NCBI GenBank assembly: GCA_030390025.1
Contig: CM059432.1
Coordinates: forward strand, 1,426,001-1,490,000
From: Squalus acanthias
Lineage: Eukaryota
Length of the DNA: 64,000 bases
Reading direction: 5' to 3'
The position numbers and the translations under genes are program-made. Below the pieces are notes generated by a model. That model did not search any database and had not been told where the DNA came from. It was given only the letters and a program-made list of their open reading frames with translations. Below are positions 48,500-61,134 of this stretch, in pieces; the stretch's first letter is position 1, and each line of letters starts with the position of its first letter.

Positions 48500-49884
48500 G
48501 ATAATCTATATATTGCCTTTGATGTAGGAAAACTTCCCAAAGCGCTTAACAGAAGCGTAGACAAATATCAGCGCTGAGCTCAAGGAGGTGATCATCAAAC
48601 TGTACTTTGCTGCAGAGAGCCAGAGTAGTCCAGCCCCCCACCCCGTTTAAAACGGGCAGTCGCTTAAATCAGCCAAAAAGTGAAAACCATTAACCATTTG
48701 CATTAACGGCAATTTCAAAGTTGCTGGCTATGGCGTTTTAAACGCTCAGTTTATTCTGGGTAGAAACAGCTGTGCTTACTCACATTATCACCTCCTTTAG
48801 GTGCACTGATGCGAGAACAAGTAAATAGCATCTCATTTAGGCGCAGCGAAGCAGAAACAATCATAGGGAAACGAGTTAAATAAAGCTATTGTAGTTGCAT
48901 TGCAGGCGGTATTGTTTGGTTTCTTCGACGGTGATCTACAGTATATTTTACAGGTCATAAGGACGTGAGACGACGTCAACAGAAATCTCTGTTAATTAAC
49001 AGATTCCTTTGTGTTTCTCCTTTGCCTGTTCTCTCACCTGGGAATAAAAAGCAAGGATTGTTGTTCATTACCTAATTGAATAGGTAAAGTATCAAGACAG
49101 GTGACGGTGCAGGGGACAAAAGAGTGCCATGGCAGGAGACGATCTGGTTACGACTGAATAATTGTGGAATCGAGTGAGGACAGTCCTACTGACCTGGACA
49201 ATGGTGGAGCGGCGTTGCAGGAGGTTGACTATGTCAGAACTCAAGGAGGGCGAGGAGGGATAGTGTTCCATGGCCACAGTCACACAGGATGCAAGTTCGG
49301 AGTTTGATTAGGGCCATTTCAGTGCTCCGACTAGAGCCATTTAAACACAAACAGCTGCATTATAATAAACTCACTCATCCTTGAAAGTGGCTATCGACAT
49401 GGTAATAACTTACAGTTGCTCGAAAAAGGTTTGATTCCAAATGTTTATGAAATCCGCCCAGTTTCCCCTGGAGATTCCACAGGTACCCTCATGAGAGACG
49501 CATGAAGTACAGATGGCATAGCAGCTCCATACATACTCTCCAAGATCTCAGGGGGAAAAGCGATCCAAGCGTAGAGTAGCAAACCAGGCTGATCTGATTT
49601 GGGTTTTTTTGTGTTAATGTGCAGCACAGAAATAGGCCATTCGGCCCAACAGGTCCAGACTCCACAAGAGTCTCCTCCCCCGATCAGCATAACCTTCTAT
49701 TCTTTTCTCCCTCGTGTACTTAGCTCGCTTCCCTTTAAATGCATCACTGAAGAAGAGTGAGTTTGCAGAGGTAGGTTGGAGTGAGGCCATGGAGGGATTT
49801 GTAGATACAGATGAGTATTTTAAATTGTATGTATTGGAAACAAATTGGTATAGATCAGCAAAGACAGGAATGATGGATGACTAG

Positions 49885-50963
49885 GACTGGAGAGGGTGCA
49901 GAGAAGATTTGCAAGAATGATACCAGAAATGCGAGGGTATACCTATCAAGAAAGGATGAACAGGCTGGGTCTCTTTTCTCTTGTAAAAAGGCTAAGGGGT
50001 GACCTAATAGAGGTCTTTAAAATTATGAAAGGTTTTGATAGAGTGGATAGAGAGAGAATGTTTCCACTTGAGGGGAAGAGCATAACTAGAGGTCATCAAT
50101 ATAAGATAGTCACCAAGAAATCCAATAGGGAATTCAGAAGAAACTTCTTTACCCAGAGAGTGGTGAGAATGTGGAACTCACTACCACAGGGAGTGGTTGA
50201 AGCAAATAGCATAGATGCGTTTAAGGTGAGGCTAGACAAGCATGAGGGAGAAGGGAATAGAGGGTTATGCTGATAGATTTAGGAAAGATGGGAGGAGACT
50301 CGAATGGAGCATAAACGCCGGCATGGACTGGTTGGACCGAATGGCCTGTTTCTGTGCCGTAACATAGAAACATAGAAGATAGGAGCAGCAGTAGGCCATT
50401 CGGCCCCTCGCACCTGCTCCGCCATTCGATGAGATCATGGCTGATCATCCAAACTCAGTACCCTGTACCTGCCTTCTCCACATATCCCTTGATACCTTTA
50501 GCTTTAAGAAATATATCTAACTCATTCTTGAATATATTTAATGACTTGGCCTCAACTACCTTCTGTGGTAGAGAATTCCACAGGTTCACCACTCTCTGGG
50601 TGAAGAAATTCTCCTCATTTCTGTCCTAAATGGCTTACCCCCTATCCTTAGATTATGACCCCTGGTTCTGGACTCTCCGACCATCGGGAACATTCTTCCT
50701 GCATCTAGTTTGTCCAGACCTGTCAGAATTTTATATGTTTCGATGAGATCCCCTCTCATTCTTCTATACTCCAGCGAGTATAAGCCCAATCGACCCAATC
50801 TCTCCTCATATGTCATTCCTGCCATCCCAGGTATCAGCCTTGTGAATCTTCGCTGAACTCCCTCCATGGCAAGAACATCCTTCCTCAGATAAGGCGACCA
50901 AAACTGCACACAATACTCAAGGTGTGGTCTCACCAAGGCCCTGTACAACTGCAGCAGGACATC
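49885..50963. mobile_element. Two tail-to-tail CR1 3' fragments (49885-50360 +; 50361-50963 -)
   Basis: ORFs 49896-50273 and 50586-50948; the second has the same 3' UTR type as 16256-20032. Confidence 0.85.
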
Positions 50964-51283
50964 CGATGTAATCCGATGTGTACGGGGGATAGGAAATGGG
51001 TGGCTGAGCTTTGAATAAATTGGAGACTATGGACGGTGGAAAATGGGAGGCTATTGAAAAAATAAATTTAAAAAGTGGGAACTAAGCGTTCTGTCTTCGG
51101 TACGGGACTTGGTGCTAGATAGGATAGTGGGGAGGCGGTGAGGCAGGCAATGTGTTTTTTTTATAAAACCGAGGTGAATGTGAACAGTCTTCAAAAGGAT
51201 GTGGGAATAATAGAATATTGTTCTCTTCCTCCTTCCTGTTCTGCTATTTATCAAAATAGGCCACCACACAGATACTGATATTA

Positions 51284-51712
51284 TCTTCTTCTTCTTCTTG
51301 GGCAGTCCCTCGGAACCAAGGATGACTTGCTTCCACATTAAAAATGAGTTCTCAGGTGACTGATGAGTCCAATGCGGGACCTACAGTCTCTGTCACAGGT
51401 GGGGCAGACGGTGGTTGAAGGGGCGGGTGGGTGGGGTGCTTGGGTTGACGTGCACTCCTTGCGCTTGGCTTCCGCTTGCTCCTGGTGAAGAGACTCGAGG
51501 TGTTCAGCGCCTTCCCGGATGCTTCTCCTCTACTTTGTGTGGTCTTGGGCCAGGGATTCCCAGGAGTCGGTGGGGATGTTGCACTTTTTCCAAGGAGGAT
51601 TTGAGGGTGTCCTTGAAGCGTTTCCTCTGCCCACCTGGGGCTCTCTTGCTGTGTCGGAGCTCCGAGTAGAGCGCTTGTTTTGGGAGTCTCGTATCGGGCA
51701 TGCGGACGATGT
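51284..51712 (-). mobile_element. RTE-clade LINE 3' fragment with (AAG)n tail
   Basis: HIVRMPDTRLPKQALYSELRHSKRAPGGQRKRFKDTLK; homologous to 2753-3139. Confidence 0.85.
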
Positions 51713-52052
51713 GATTTAAACAACTTGCAAATACAGACAAAGGATTAGATTTAGACACCCGTGCATGCTACAATTGGCTCCACTTGTACACGTGTTGTAT
51801 TGTACCTTGTGGCATCCTCTACTTCTGCAGTGACTTCTTTCGATGCTAGTACATGCAGCATCATTTTTAGTTTTCAGTCCATACTAGAGTGAAGTTCTGA
51901 TCGAATTATTAGAATTTGACGCAGAGCGCGTAACTTAAAAGCACTGCTTTTGGACCTGCAAGTCCCTTTAATGAACTCAGAAGTCAGGTTATTTTTGCCG
52001 AATAATTTTACTAGCGCGTTAAGTCGCCAAAAAAGTTACCACACACAGCCTG

Positions 52053-52155
52053 CGAGTTCGGACGAAAGGTCAACGACCTGAAACATTAACTCTGTTTCTC
52101 ACTTCCCACTGATGCTGCCTGACCGCTCGAGTATTTCCAGTATTTTCTGTTTATA
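52053..52155 (+). mobile_element. Short Penelope-type repeat with mutated hammerhead core
   Basis: gagttcggacgaaaggtcaacgacctgaaacattaactc; core reads CGGACGA. Confidence 0.6.
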
Positions 52156-53479
52156 GTTCAGAAGTGAGCTTATTCAATAATACCTAAATTTTAAACTATA
52201 GGTTGACTCATCAATATTCCAAAACACATTTTTTTTTAAAAACACACACTTAAGATACTTTACCAATGGAATTAAAAGTATCAAAATATCTTCTAGAGTA
52301 CAAATACAATTCTAGGCAAGTCACTCACATCCATGACCAAAGGACGGTTAAGAGATATCCGCTGCAAGCACTATTTTAATTATCAAAGCCCTTTGACAGA
52401 AGAAACAAACCATATCGGTTCAGCTGAATCAATGTGGCACGTAATTTTTTTTACAGCAATCTCTCGTGTGATCAAAATAGAACAGGCACAACTATTTTTG
52501 CTGACTTGTTCAGCACACTACCAGTTTTGACTGGTCACGAAATACTACACCATTACTCTGAGCTAATATTTACAGTGTCACCACCAGATAATTATACTGG
52601 TTTTAGATCCAATAAATTGAAGTCAGAGCTTCTCGGAAAACAAACGCAGTTAATCGATTGTTTTACAAATCGTTTAACTCATGACTAGGGCTGTCAAATA
52701 ACCAAAATGGCCTACTCCCGCTCCTATTTCTTATGTTAGGATTAGTACATTAATACCTTTGGCGACATAAATAAATACAAATCCGAGGCATGTCAGTATT
52801 TGAAAAATTCAAAATCACACTAAAATGAATCGTTACTTGTAATACGAGTGTACTCCCTTTTAGACAAAAAGTCTTACGAGAAACTAATCCACAATGGTCA
52901 TGTTTAAACTTAGAACAACTGGAAGCCTCACTTGTGAAAGGTGGGGAAATAAGACTTCCCACTAGATATAAAGAACGTAATTTTTTTTTTGAACAACAGC
53001 CCCTGTCCCAGACAGATACTTCACCTGAGGCAACATGGAAACTAGCCTCGAGTGCCCACTCAGACCTGGATTATCAGAGTCACACAGCACAGCAGGAGGC
53101 CATTCGGCCCATCGTGCCTGTGTCGGCTCTTTGAAATAGCTCTCCAATTAGTCCCGCTCCCCCGCTCTTTCCCCACAGCCCTATAAATGTATCCTTTCCA
53201 AGGCACAGGCCGATGGGCCAAACGGCCTCCTTCTGTGCTGCATCATTCTATGATTCGAAGTGTCTATCCAATTCCCTTTTGAAAGTTACTATTGAATCTG
53301 CCTCCACCACCCTTTCAGGCAGCGCATTCCAGATCACAACAACTCACTGCGTAAAAAAAAAAGCTCTGTATTTTTTGCCAATTATCTTAAATCTGTCCCC
53401 TCCTGTCAGTGGAAACAGTTTCTCCTTATTCACTATCAAAACCTCTCAGTTTTGAACACCTCATTACAACAATAACTGG

Positions 53480-53925
53480 ACTTCAAAAATACTTCATTGG
53501 CTATAAAGCACGTTGGGACGTCCTGAGGTTGTGAAAGGCGCTATTGAAATGCAAGTCTTTCTTTCTTTTTAGGCACACACAACAGCCAATTTGGTCAAAG
53601 CAAAGTCCAACAAACAGCAAGTGAGTGATCGAATTACATACAAGTGAATGAATTAGCAAATAATCTTTTTGGTCATGTTGGTTGAGGGATACATGCTGGC
53701 CAGGACACCAGGAGAACTCGCTCTTCTTCTCGGAATAGTGCCACGGAATATTGTATGCTCACTTCAGCAGGCACAAGCGTATCGTTTTAATGTCTCATCC
53801 AAAAAAAAACTCCAATAATATAGCACTCCTTCAGTACTGCACGCACTGAAGTCTAGTTATATGCTCAAGCCTGTACTGGGGCTTGAACCCACAACTGTCT
53901 GATTCAGAGGCGAAAGTGCTACCTG
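53480..53925. mobile_element. Degenerate DeuSINE pieces (tail +, body -), after a CR1 fragment at ~53077-53462 (-)
   Basis: Homology to 10597-11066. Confidence 0.6.
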
Positions 53926-54317
53926 TATCTCTTACTTTGCCCCTAAAATTCAACAGTGATCAGAAATAGGACACTGAAATTAATTACCAACCAATCTTTG
54001 CTACTGCACACAGAACACACAAATTAAGAGATAAATCTGGGAATTGTATGTATTGCACTAGCAGAGCGATGGCATTGGGAAAGCTGTCCCGATATGAGAG
54101 ACCAGGAATCCTCAGGAGCAGTGAAGTACGACTAAGAAAGATTAATCTGGAAAAAGTATAGAAATTAGGTGAAAAAGATAAAGGCATGGAGCCTAGAAAA
54201 TGTAGTTATAGCACCAATTCAGAAAGGAAGAAAGCATAACAGAAGGAAATGTTACAAACACCACGATGGCAGTGGCTGAACCTTAAAAGATGTCTGAATA
54301 GCACAGATGAGATTAAA

Positions 54318-54966
54318 GAACACAAACATAAGAATTAGGAGCAGGAGTCGGCCATACGGCCCCTCGAGCCTGCTCCGCCATTCAATAAGATCATGGCTGA
54401 TCTTCGACCTCAACTCCACTTTCCCGCCCAATCCCCATATCGCTTGATTCCCTTAGAGTCCAAAAATCTATCGATCTCAGCCTTGAATATACTCAAAGAC
54501 TGAGAATTCACAGCCCTTCGGGGTAGAGAATTCCAAAGATTCACAATCCTCGGAGTGATGAAATTCCTCATCTCAGTCTTAAAAGGCCAACCCCTTATCC
54601 TGAGACTATATCCCCTAGGTCTAGACTCTCCAGCCAGGGGAAACAATCTTTCAGCAACTACCCTGTCAATCCCCCTTAGAATCTTATATGTTTCAATGAG
54701 ATCACCTCTCATTCTTCTAAACTCCAGCGAGTATAGGCCCATTCTACACAATCTCTCATCATAGGACAGCCCTATCATACCAGGAATCAGTCTAGTGAAC
54801 CTTCACTGCTCTAAGGCAAGTATATCCTTCCTTAGATAAGGAGACCAAAACTGTGCGCAGTACTCCAGGTGTGGTCTCACCAAAGCCCTGTACAACTGTA
54901 ACAAGACTTCCTTACTGTTGTACTCCAACCCCCTTGCAATAAATGCTAACATACCATTTGCCTTCA
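54318..54966 (-). mobile_element. CR1 3' fragment
   Basis: ORF 54410-54778 plus 3' UTR. Confidence 0.88.
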
Positions 54967-55366
54967 AATTGGCCTCGATGCCCCTGAACTAGACAGGGGG
55001 GCAAATAGCCAAGCTCACCACGCCTGTTCGCTATCCACTGACTCCTGCTGGAATGGGAATGGGGTGTGGATACATTTGAGAGCAGAATCAGGGTCAGCTC
55101 TGAACTACAATGCTCCCTCCCTGTCCAGACCCACTTGTGAACAACGTCCGCTTGGGCAAGATACTGGTAGGTAAGCAGAAGAAATGCACCCCAGCAAAAG
55201 TCAATGCTCTCAGATTAGAAGGGGGGTGGGGGAAAGTGAACCTAATACACAGCAGAGAATTGACCCAGATGAAGCAAGTTCTCTCAGTTATACAGTGCCT
55301 TGTTACATCCTCAGGATATCCAAAAGCTCATTACAACCAAAGGTTTCTTTTTTTTTACATTAACAC

Positions 55367-56371
55367 AAAGGCAAAATACTGCGGATGCTGGAAATCTGAA
55401 ATATAAACAGAAAATGCTGGAAATATTCAACAGGTGAGGCAGCATCCGTGGAGAGAGAAACTGAGCTAACGTTTCAGGTTGGTGATCTTTCATCAGAACC
55501 AACGTGGGATCACGTGACTCAGTTAGAGCCAATGGCAGCACACCATCTTCCATTCATAAGTTTCACAGACCTGCTGTAAAATCTATGAATCTTACACCCC
55601 CCCAAAATAACACCTAAACCTCAATTAAATTTTTTTAAAAAACCATCACATTAATAAAATAAGTATAGTTAATTAAATTAACCATTTTAAATAAAAAATT
55701 AAATTTTTGAAAAAATTTAAAATCTTTTAAAAAGTTATAAAAATAAACTTACCTGTCTTTAAAGTCTCTAAAAAAATATACCTGTAAAAAAAAATTCAAA
55801 AAAATACTTAATTCACTACTTACCTTCTTAAAAGCGGGTCTTACTCCTCCTTTTCACATTTCCAAAATCTTCCCTACTTACCTGCGCGTCCAAAGCATGA
55901 AGTGCACAGCGTGCGCGCAGCCTGTAGCGCGCACGCGATGCACCCAGGACCCGCCCCCTTTTCAGAAGAGCAATTGCCGGTTTTCAGCGCATGCGCAGGG
56001 CATGCAGAAAACCGGCAATTGGAGTGGGAATACGCGAGAGTACGCAGTGCGTACTCTCGCGTCCCGGGATCAATTTTCGGCCCAACATTTCCGTTAAGCT
56101 GCGTGGCTGCGCAGCGGTCTGGAGGCCCCGTGCACGCCGCTACATGGGGAAAAACCGCGCATGCGCGAAAATTTGAAAGGGCCCGCGCACCGAAAAAAAT
56201 AAGAGGGAACATTGATCAAAACTGGAAAATGTTACCGATGTGACACCTGTAAAACAGGTTACATCTGCAACATTTTCCAGTTCTGACGAAGGGTCACCGA
56301 CCAGAAACGTTAACTCTGTTTCTCTCTCCACAGATGCTGCCTGAGCTGCTGAGTATTTCCAATATTTTCTG
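55367..56371. mobile_element. Head-to-head Penelope-type repeats (55367-55499 -, 56215-56371 +) separated by MITE-like DNA
   Basis: Cores CTGATGA..GAAAcgtt (minus) and CTGACGAagggtcaccgaccaGAAAcgttaact (56283-56315); imperfect hairpin at 56221-56281. Confidence 0.68.
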
Positions 56372-56952
56372 GGGGTTTTTTTTACATTATGTGAGTAACG
56401 ATAAAATAATTGTAAAGAGAGATATTGATGAGAGCAGAAAACAAAACCAGAAATATTCACCATCACTAATTTTTTGTATAACCTTGTGTACCTACAAGGT
56501 AAAGATAATTTCACAACACAAAAACAATTTTAATTCCCTTGTTTCAGTCCCTTGTGATGTAATTTATTTGGTTACATTCTACATCAGTTTAACGTGGATG
56601 TCAACATGCACACAAGCCCAAGACAGTTCTAAGTCCGATAGATCAACGCGAACTGTAAACTTAAACCATTACAAAACCAATTTGCACCGATGTAAAATAA
56701 ATTCTTTTAGAGCACATTTAGACTTCAAACAAGTTGAGCATTGTTAGTCAGAAAAGAACCTGTGAAAGGAAACATGCTCTATTGCAAAATGCTGCATTCT
56801 GAAAAATATTCAGGCAAAGAATTATCCAAAGAATCTTTGATTATAAAACCTTCCTGACTAATGAAAGATTCTATAATGGTATGGAAGTAGCAGAGCGGAG
56901 AGGCGCAGATTTAATCTCCCACTCCACTAGGCACAGTGCGCAGGGAGGTAAA

Positions 56953-57587
56953 GAAAGACAGACTTGCATTTCTACAGCGCCTTTCACAACCTCAGGGCGT
57001 CTCAAAGCGCTTTACAGCCAATGAAGTACTTTTTGAAGTGTAGTCACTGTTGTAATGTGGGAAACACGGCAGCCAATTTGCGCACAGCAAGCTCCCGCAA
57101 ACAGCAATGTGATAATGACCAGATAATCTGTTTTTGTTATGTTGATTGACGGATAAATATTGGCCCCAGGACACCGGGGTGAACTCCCCCGCTCTTCTTC
57201 GAAATAGTGCCATGGCATCTTTTACATCCACCTGAGAGCGCAGACGGGGCCTCAGTTTAACGTCTCATCCGAAAGACGACCCTCTGACAGTGCAGCGCTC
57301 CCTCAGTACCGCCCCTCCGACAGTGCGGCGCTCCCTCAGTACCGCCCCTCCGACAGTGCGGCGCTCCCTCAGTACTGCCCCTCCGACAGTGCGGCGCTCC
57401 CTCAGTACTGCCCCTCCGACAGTGCGGCGCTCCCTCAGTACTGCCCCTCCGACAGTGCGGTGCTCCCTCAGTACTGCACTGGGAGTATCAGCCTAGATTT
57501 TTGTGCTCGAGTCTCTGGAGTGAGACTTGAACCCACAACCTTCTGACTCAGAGGTGAGGGTGCTACCCACTGAGCCACGGCTGACAC
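56953..57587 (-). mobile_element. Full-length DeuSINE with six copies of the 33-bp unit (~57282-57478)
   Basis: Complete head, body and tail; same unit as 12897-14135. Confidence 0.88.
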
Positions 57588-57649
57588 AAGGGAATGACAG
57601 ATAAATATTTGAAGCAGAGGAAGATACAGAGGAATGGGAGATAGGGCAT

Positions 57650-57976
57650 AGACATAAAACAGTACAGCACAGTACAGGCCCTTCGGCCCTCGATGTTGTG
57701 CCGAGCATTGTCCGAGACCAAGATCAAGCTATCACACTCCCTATCACTCTGGTGTGCTCCATGTGCTTATCCAATAACCGCTTGAAAGTTCCTAAAGTGT
57801 CCGACTCCACTATCACAGCAGGCAGTCCATTCCACACCCCAACCACTCTCTGAGTAAAGAATCTACCTCGGACATCCCTTCTATATCTCCCCCCATGCAC
57901 CTTATAGTTATGCCCCCTTGTAACAGCTGCCTCTACCCGAGGAAATAGTCTCTGAACATCCACTCTATCTATCCCT
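57650..57976 (-). mobile_element. CR1 3' fragment of a divergent subfamily
   Basis: ORF 57724-58053 part (TRGHNYKVHGGRYRRDVRGRFFTQRVV). Confidence 0.78.
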
Positions 57977-60519
57977 AAGGGCAGTGCCATTAGTTTTCGA
58001 TTGCTCCAGCCAAGGGCTTGTACAGACGCAATGGCCAAATGTGTTGTAAACATCTATGGTTCTTCTGAAATACATTGCAGAACCAGGGTAGCCCACTTCA
58101 CGAATGTTGCGTACATCACTGGTTCCCTTCCTGATCCCACCAACTCGATTATCTGGTCATTATCACATTGCTGTTTGTGGGAGCTTGCTGTATGCAATTG
58201 GTTCCTGCGTTTCCCACATTACAACAGTGACTACACTTCAAAAAGTACTTCATTGGCTGCAAAGCACCCGGTGGTCGTGAAAGGCGCTGTAGAAATGCAA
58301 GTCTGTCTTTCTTTCTTCGATGCAATGGTGCCTGCTTTAACCCCTTCTAGTCACAAAGCTCCAACAATAGCGTGTAAAGAAATTCTAACCTTATCCTCGG
58401 TGACAATTTTAAATCGACAGCTCATCACTGACGCCCCAAGCAGAGGGAATTGTTTTTTCCCCAAATTCACTCAGGATACACAATATCTATGATGCAGACA
58501 AGGACACAGGGCACAAGACCTCTGGGAAAGCAGTGCCGGAGAAGAAAGAAGAAATGGATATTGGAAATATGGAGTTTGAGCAAAAAAAAAACCTTTCAAT
58601 TACAAGTCCACAGGTAGAAATGGACAGATGAATATAAGAATTAGGTAAAAGGGGTGAAAGAACTAGTCGTCAGCATAACTGAAGTAGAAAATGACAAGAT
58701 TGCAGAGAATATAAAACACAAGGTGAAAAGCTTTTGGTAAATATATTGAAAACAAACAGATGTTCAAGGAAACTGTAAGCCTTCTGAGAACCTCAAGTAG
58801 ACATAGTGAGTGACTATGTAGTGGCAGATATCCTACATGCCCTGGTTTATAAAGGAAATCAGTGCAACAGGTTTCAGCATTTAAAATTTCAAGAGCAAAG
58901 TAAATACATTTTGGTACAGAGAGATTATGGCCTGGATTTTGAGGTCGGCAGCGCACTCCAGTGCGCGCACTTAGCTGATGGGGACCCTCCTTCGCGAACT
59001 CGCTCTCTTGACGCTGCGTACTCGATGGCAGCGTAAAGGCCCACGGATCCCAGGGGCGCAGCGCGTGCGGAAGCGTACCCGGGATCACGCGGACCTGGTG
59101 CTCCAATCAGTGGAAGCGCCGAGTTTTCTCTTACAGTGTGACAGATGTGTGGGAAACCATTGCATCGGGCTTATCGGAGAGAGGGTGCAGACTGGCACCC
59201 GACACACTGAACGCTGCATCGCCCACTCACAGAACGGGCACAGTCAATGACAACAGCACCGTAACGTGACTTTAAAAGCTTTAATGTCAGGAAATAAGAT
59301 ATAAACATATAGTTAGGTTTAACATTTCGTTCTTTATTTGGGATTTAGTATCGGTTAAATTCAGATTGCCTCACAAAAAAAAACTGGCGAAATGACAGCA
59401 CCAAGCTTCAGCAACACTAAAACAAACTAACAAAAAAAGCTCTTTGCAATTCTACGAAACTCATGGCTAAATTATTCAAGCGGAGCTGAGGTGCTTTGAT
59501 CTGTTGTAATGTTCCAATTCCACTTTTAGCTCAGCTAAATAATGCTAAAAGATGCTGAACAATGCTTTCAATTTTCTGAGGCATCCCCTTACGGCAATGG
59601 AAACAGGCCCCGTGCCCGCTTGCATCAACCATCAAAATTTTTGTACGTAATTGCTGGGCAGTTGGTGGGCAATTAGCTCAACTCTGCGCCAGCACTTGGG
59701 ATTTCCAAGGCGGAGCGGATGATCTGTCATGTCGGAACTTGACAGATCGCAAGTTCGGGATGTAGCGCGTGCGCAAAAGCATGCGGAAATCCCGAACCTG
59801 CGTTCCATTTCAAAGGGCGGTATGACAGCGTACTGAGCATGCCATCACACCCACAGCAAATTCTGGCCCAATAAGTAAAAAATGATAATACAGGCTGAGG
59901 ACACTAAAAGAGGACAAGGCAACCAGCCCAAATGGACTGCACCATGGGATACTTAAGGAAACAGCTCATTAAAATCAATGTCATCCTGACAGGCATCGTC
60001 AAGAAATCATTAGAGAAAGAAATAGTGCCCAAGAGTTGCAGAAGTGTAAACGCAACATTAAATTTATATTTAAAAGAGGACATGAACACCCTGGGAACTA
60101 CAGGCCTTGGAACCGGACATCTTTAGTTGCCAAATCAAGAGAGCGCGCCCTGAAGGAGATAAGAGTGAAGCAACTGGAGACACATGGAAGGGGAGGGATT
60201 CACAGCTTGCCTTTATGACAGGGGTGTCATGCCTGACTGACTATTTGCGAGCTTTGAAGAAATAGCCTGACCTGGTGAACAAGGGGGAAGGTCGTGTGGA
60301 TATTATATATTACAGATTTAAATTTTAGCAATTTTTTTTTTTTTACACAATGCCATACAGGAAATTGGTTCACAAGGTTGTAAGTTACAAAATATGGAGG
60401 GAGTGAGGAACATTCGCAAGTGGAGTTCGCTCAACCAAACCAAACAAAGGCCCAGAATTTCCTGGAGACTGAGCCATTCTCCATGGTAGGGACCGTTCCA
60501 ATGCTCTGCTGGCCATCCT

Positions 60520-61110
60520 CCCACCTTGCGCCCTCCACAAACTTGAGCTCATCCAAAACTCTGCTGCCCTGATATCTTAACTCACCCATCATCCCCTGTG
60601 CTCGCTGACCTACACTGGCTCCCAGACTAGCAATGCCTAGATTTTAAAATTCTCATCCTCGTGTTCAAATCCCTCCATGGCCTCGCCCCTCCCCTCCCCC
60701 CCCCCCCCCCCCCCACCCCCCCCCCCCCCCCCTCCCCATCTCTGTAATCACCTCCAACCCTACAATCCTCAGATCTCTGCGATCCTCCAAATCTGGCCTC
60801 TTGAGCATCTCTGATTTCCTTCACTCAACCATTGGCGGCCGTGCCTTCAGCTGCCTAGGCCCCAAGCTCTGGAATTCCCTCCCTAAACCTCTCCACCTCT
60901 CCTCAATTAAGACGCTCCTTAAAACCTCTCTTTGACCAAGCTTTTGGTCATCTGCCCCAATACTGTATCTCATGTGGCTCGGTGTCAAATTTTGTTTGAT
61001 AATTGCTCCTGTGAAGCGCCTTGGGACATTTTACTATAACTTATATTTACATAGCACCTTTAATGTAATAACCATGTTAAAGGAACTATATAAATGCAAG
61101 TTGTTGTTGT
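60520..61110 (+). mobile_element. L2 LINE 3' end with an expanded poly-C tract (~60690-60737)
   Basis: LELIQNSAA..PVLADLHWLP..DFKILILVFKSLHGLAP; homologous to 212-610. Confidence 0.82.
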
Positions 61111-61134
61111 ACGGTGCAAAAGAAAGTGGTACCT

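Noticed and set aside
56788..56830. Minus-strand ...SFISQEG resembling the end of the preceding OSBPL1A exon
   Set aside because: No GT donor after the Gly codon and no extended similarity; the preceding exon was not found in the window.
58929..59869. Possible Harbinger-like MITE (ggcctggattttg ... caaattctggccc)
   Set aside because: Ends match only loosely and no clear TSD; not supported enough to list as a feature.
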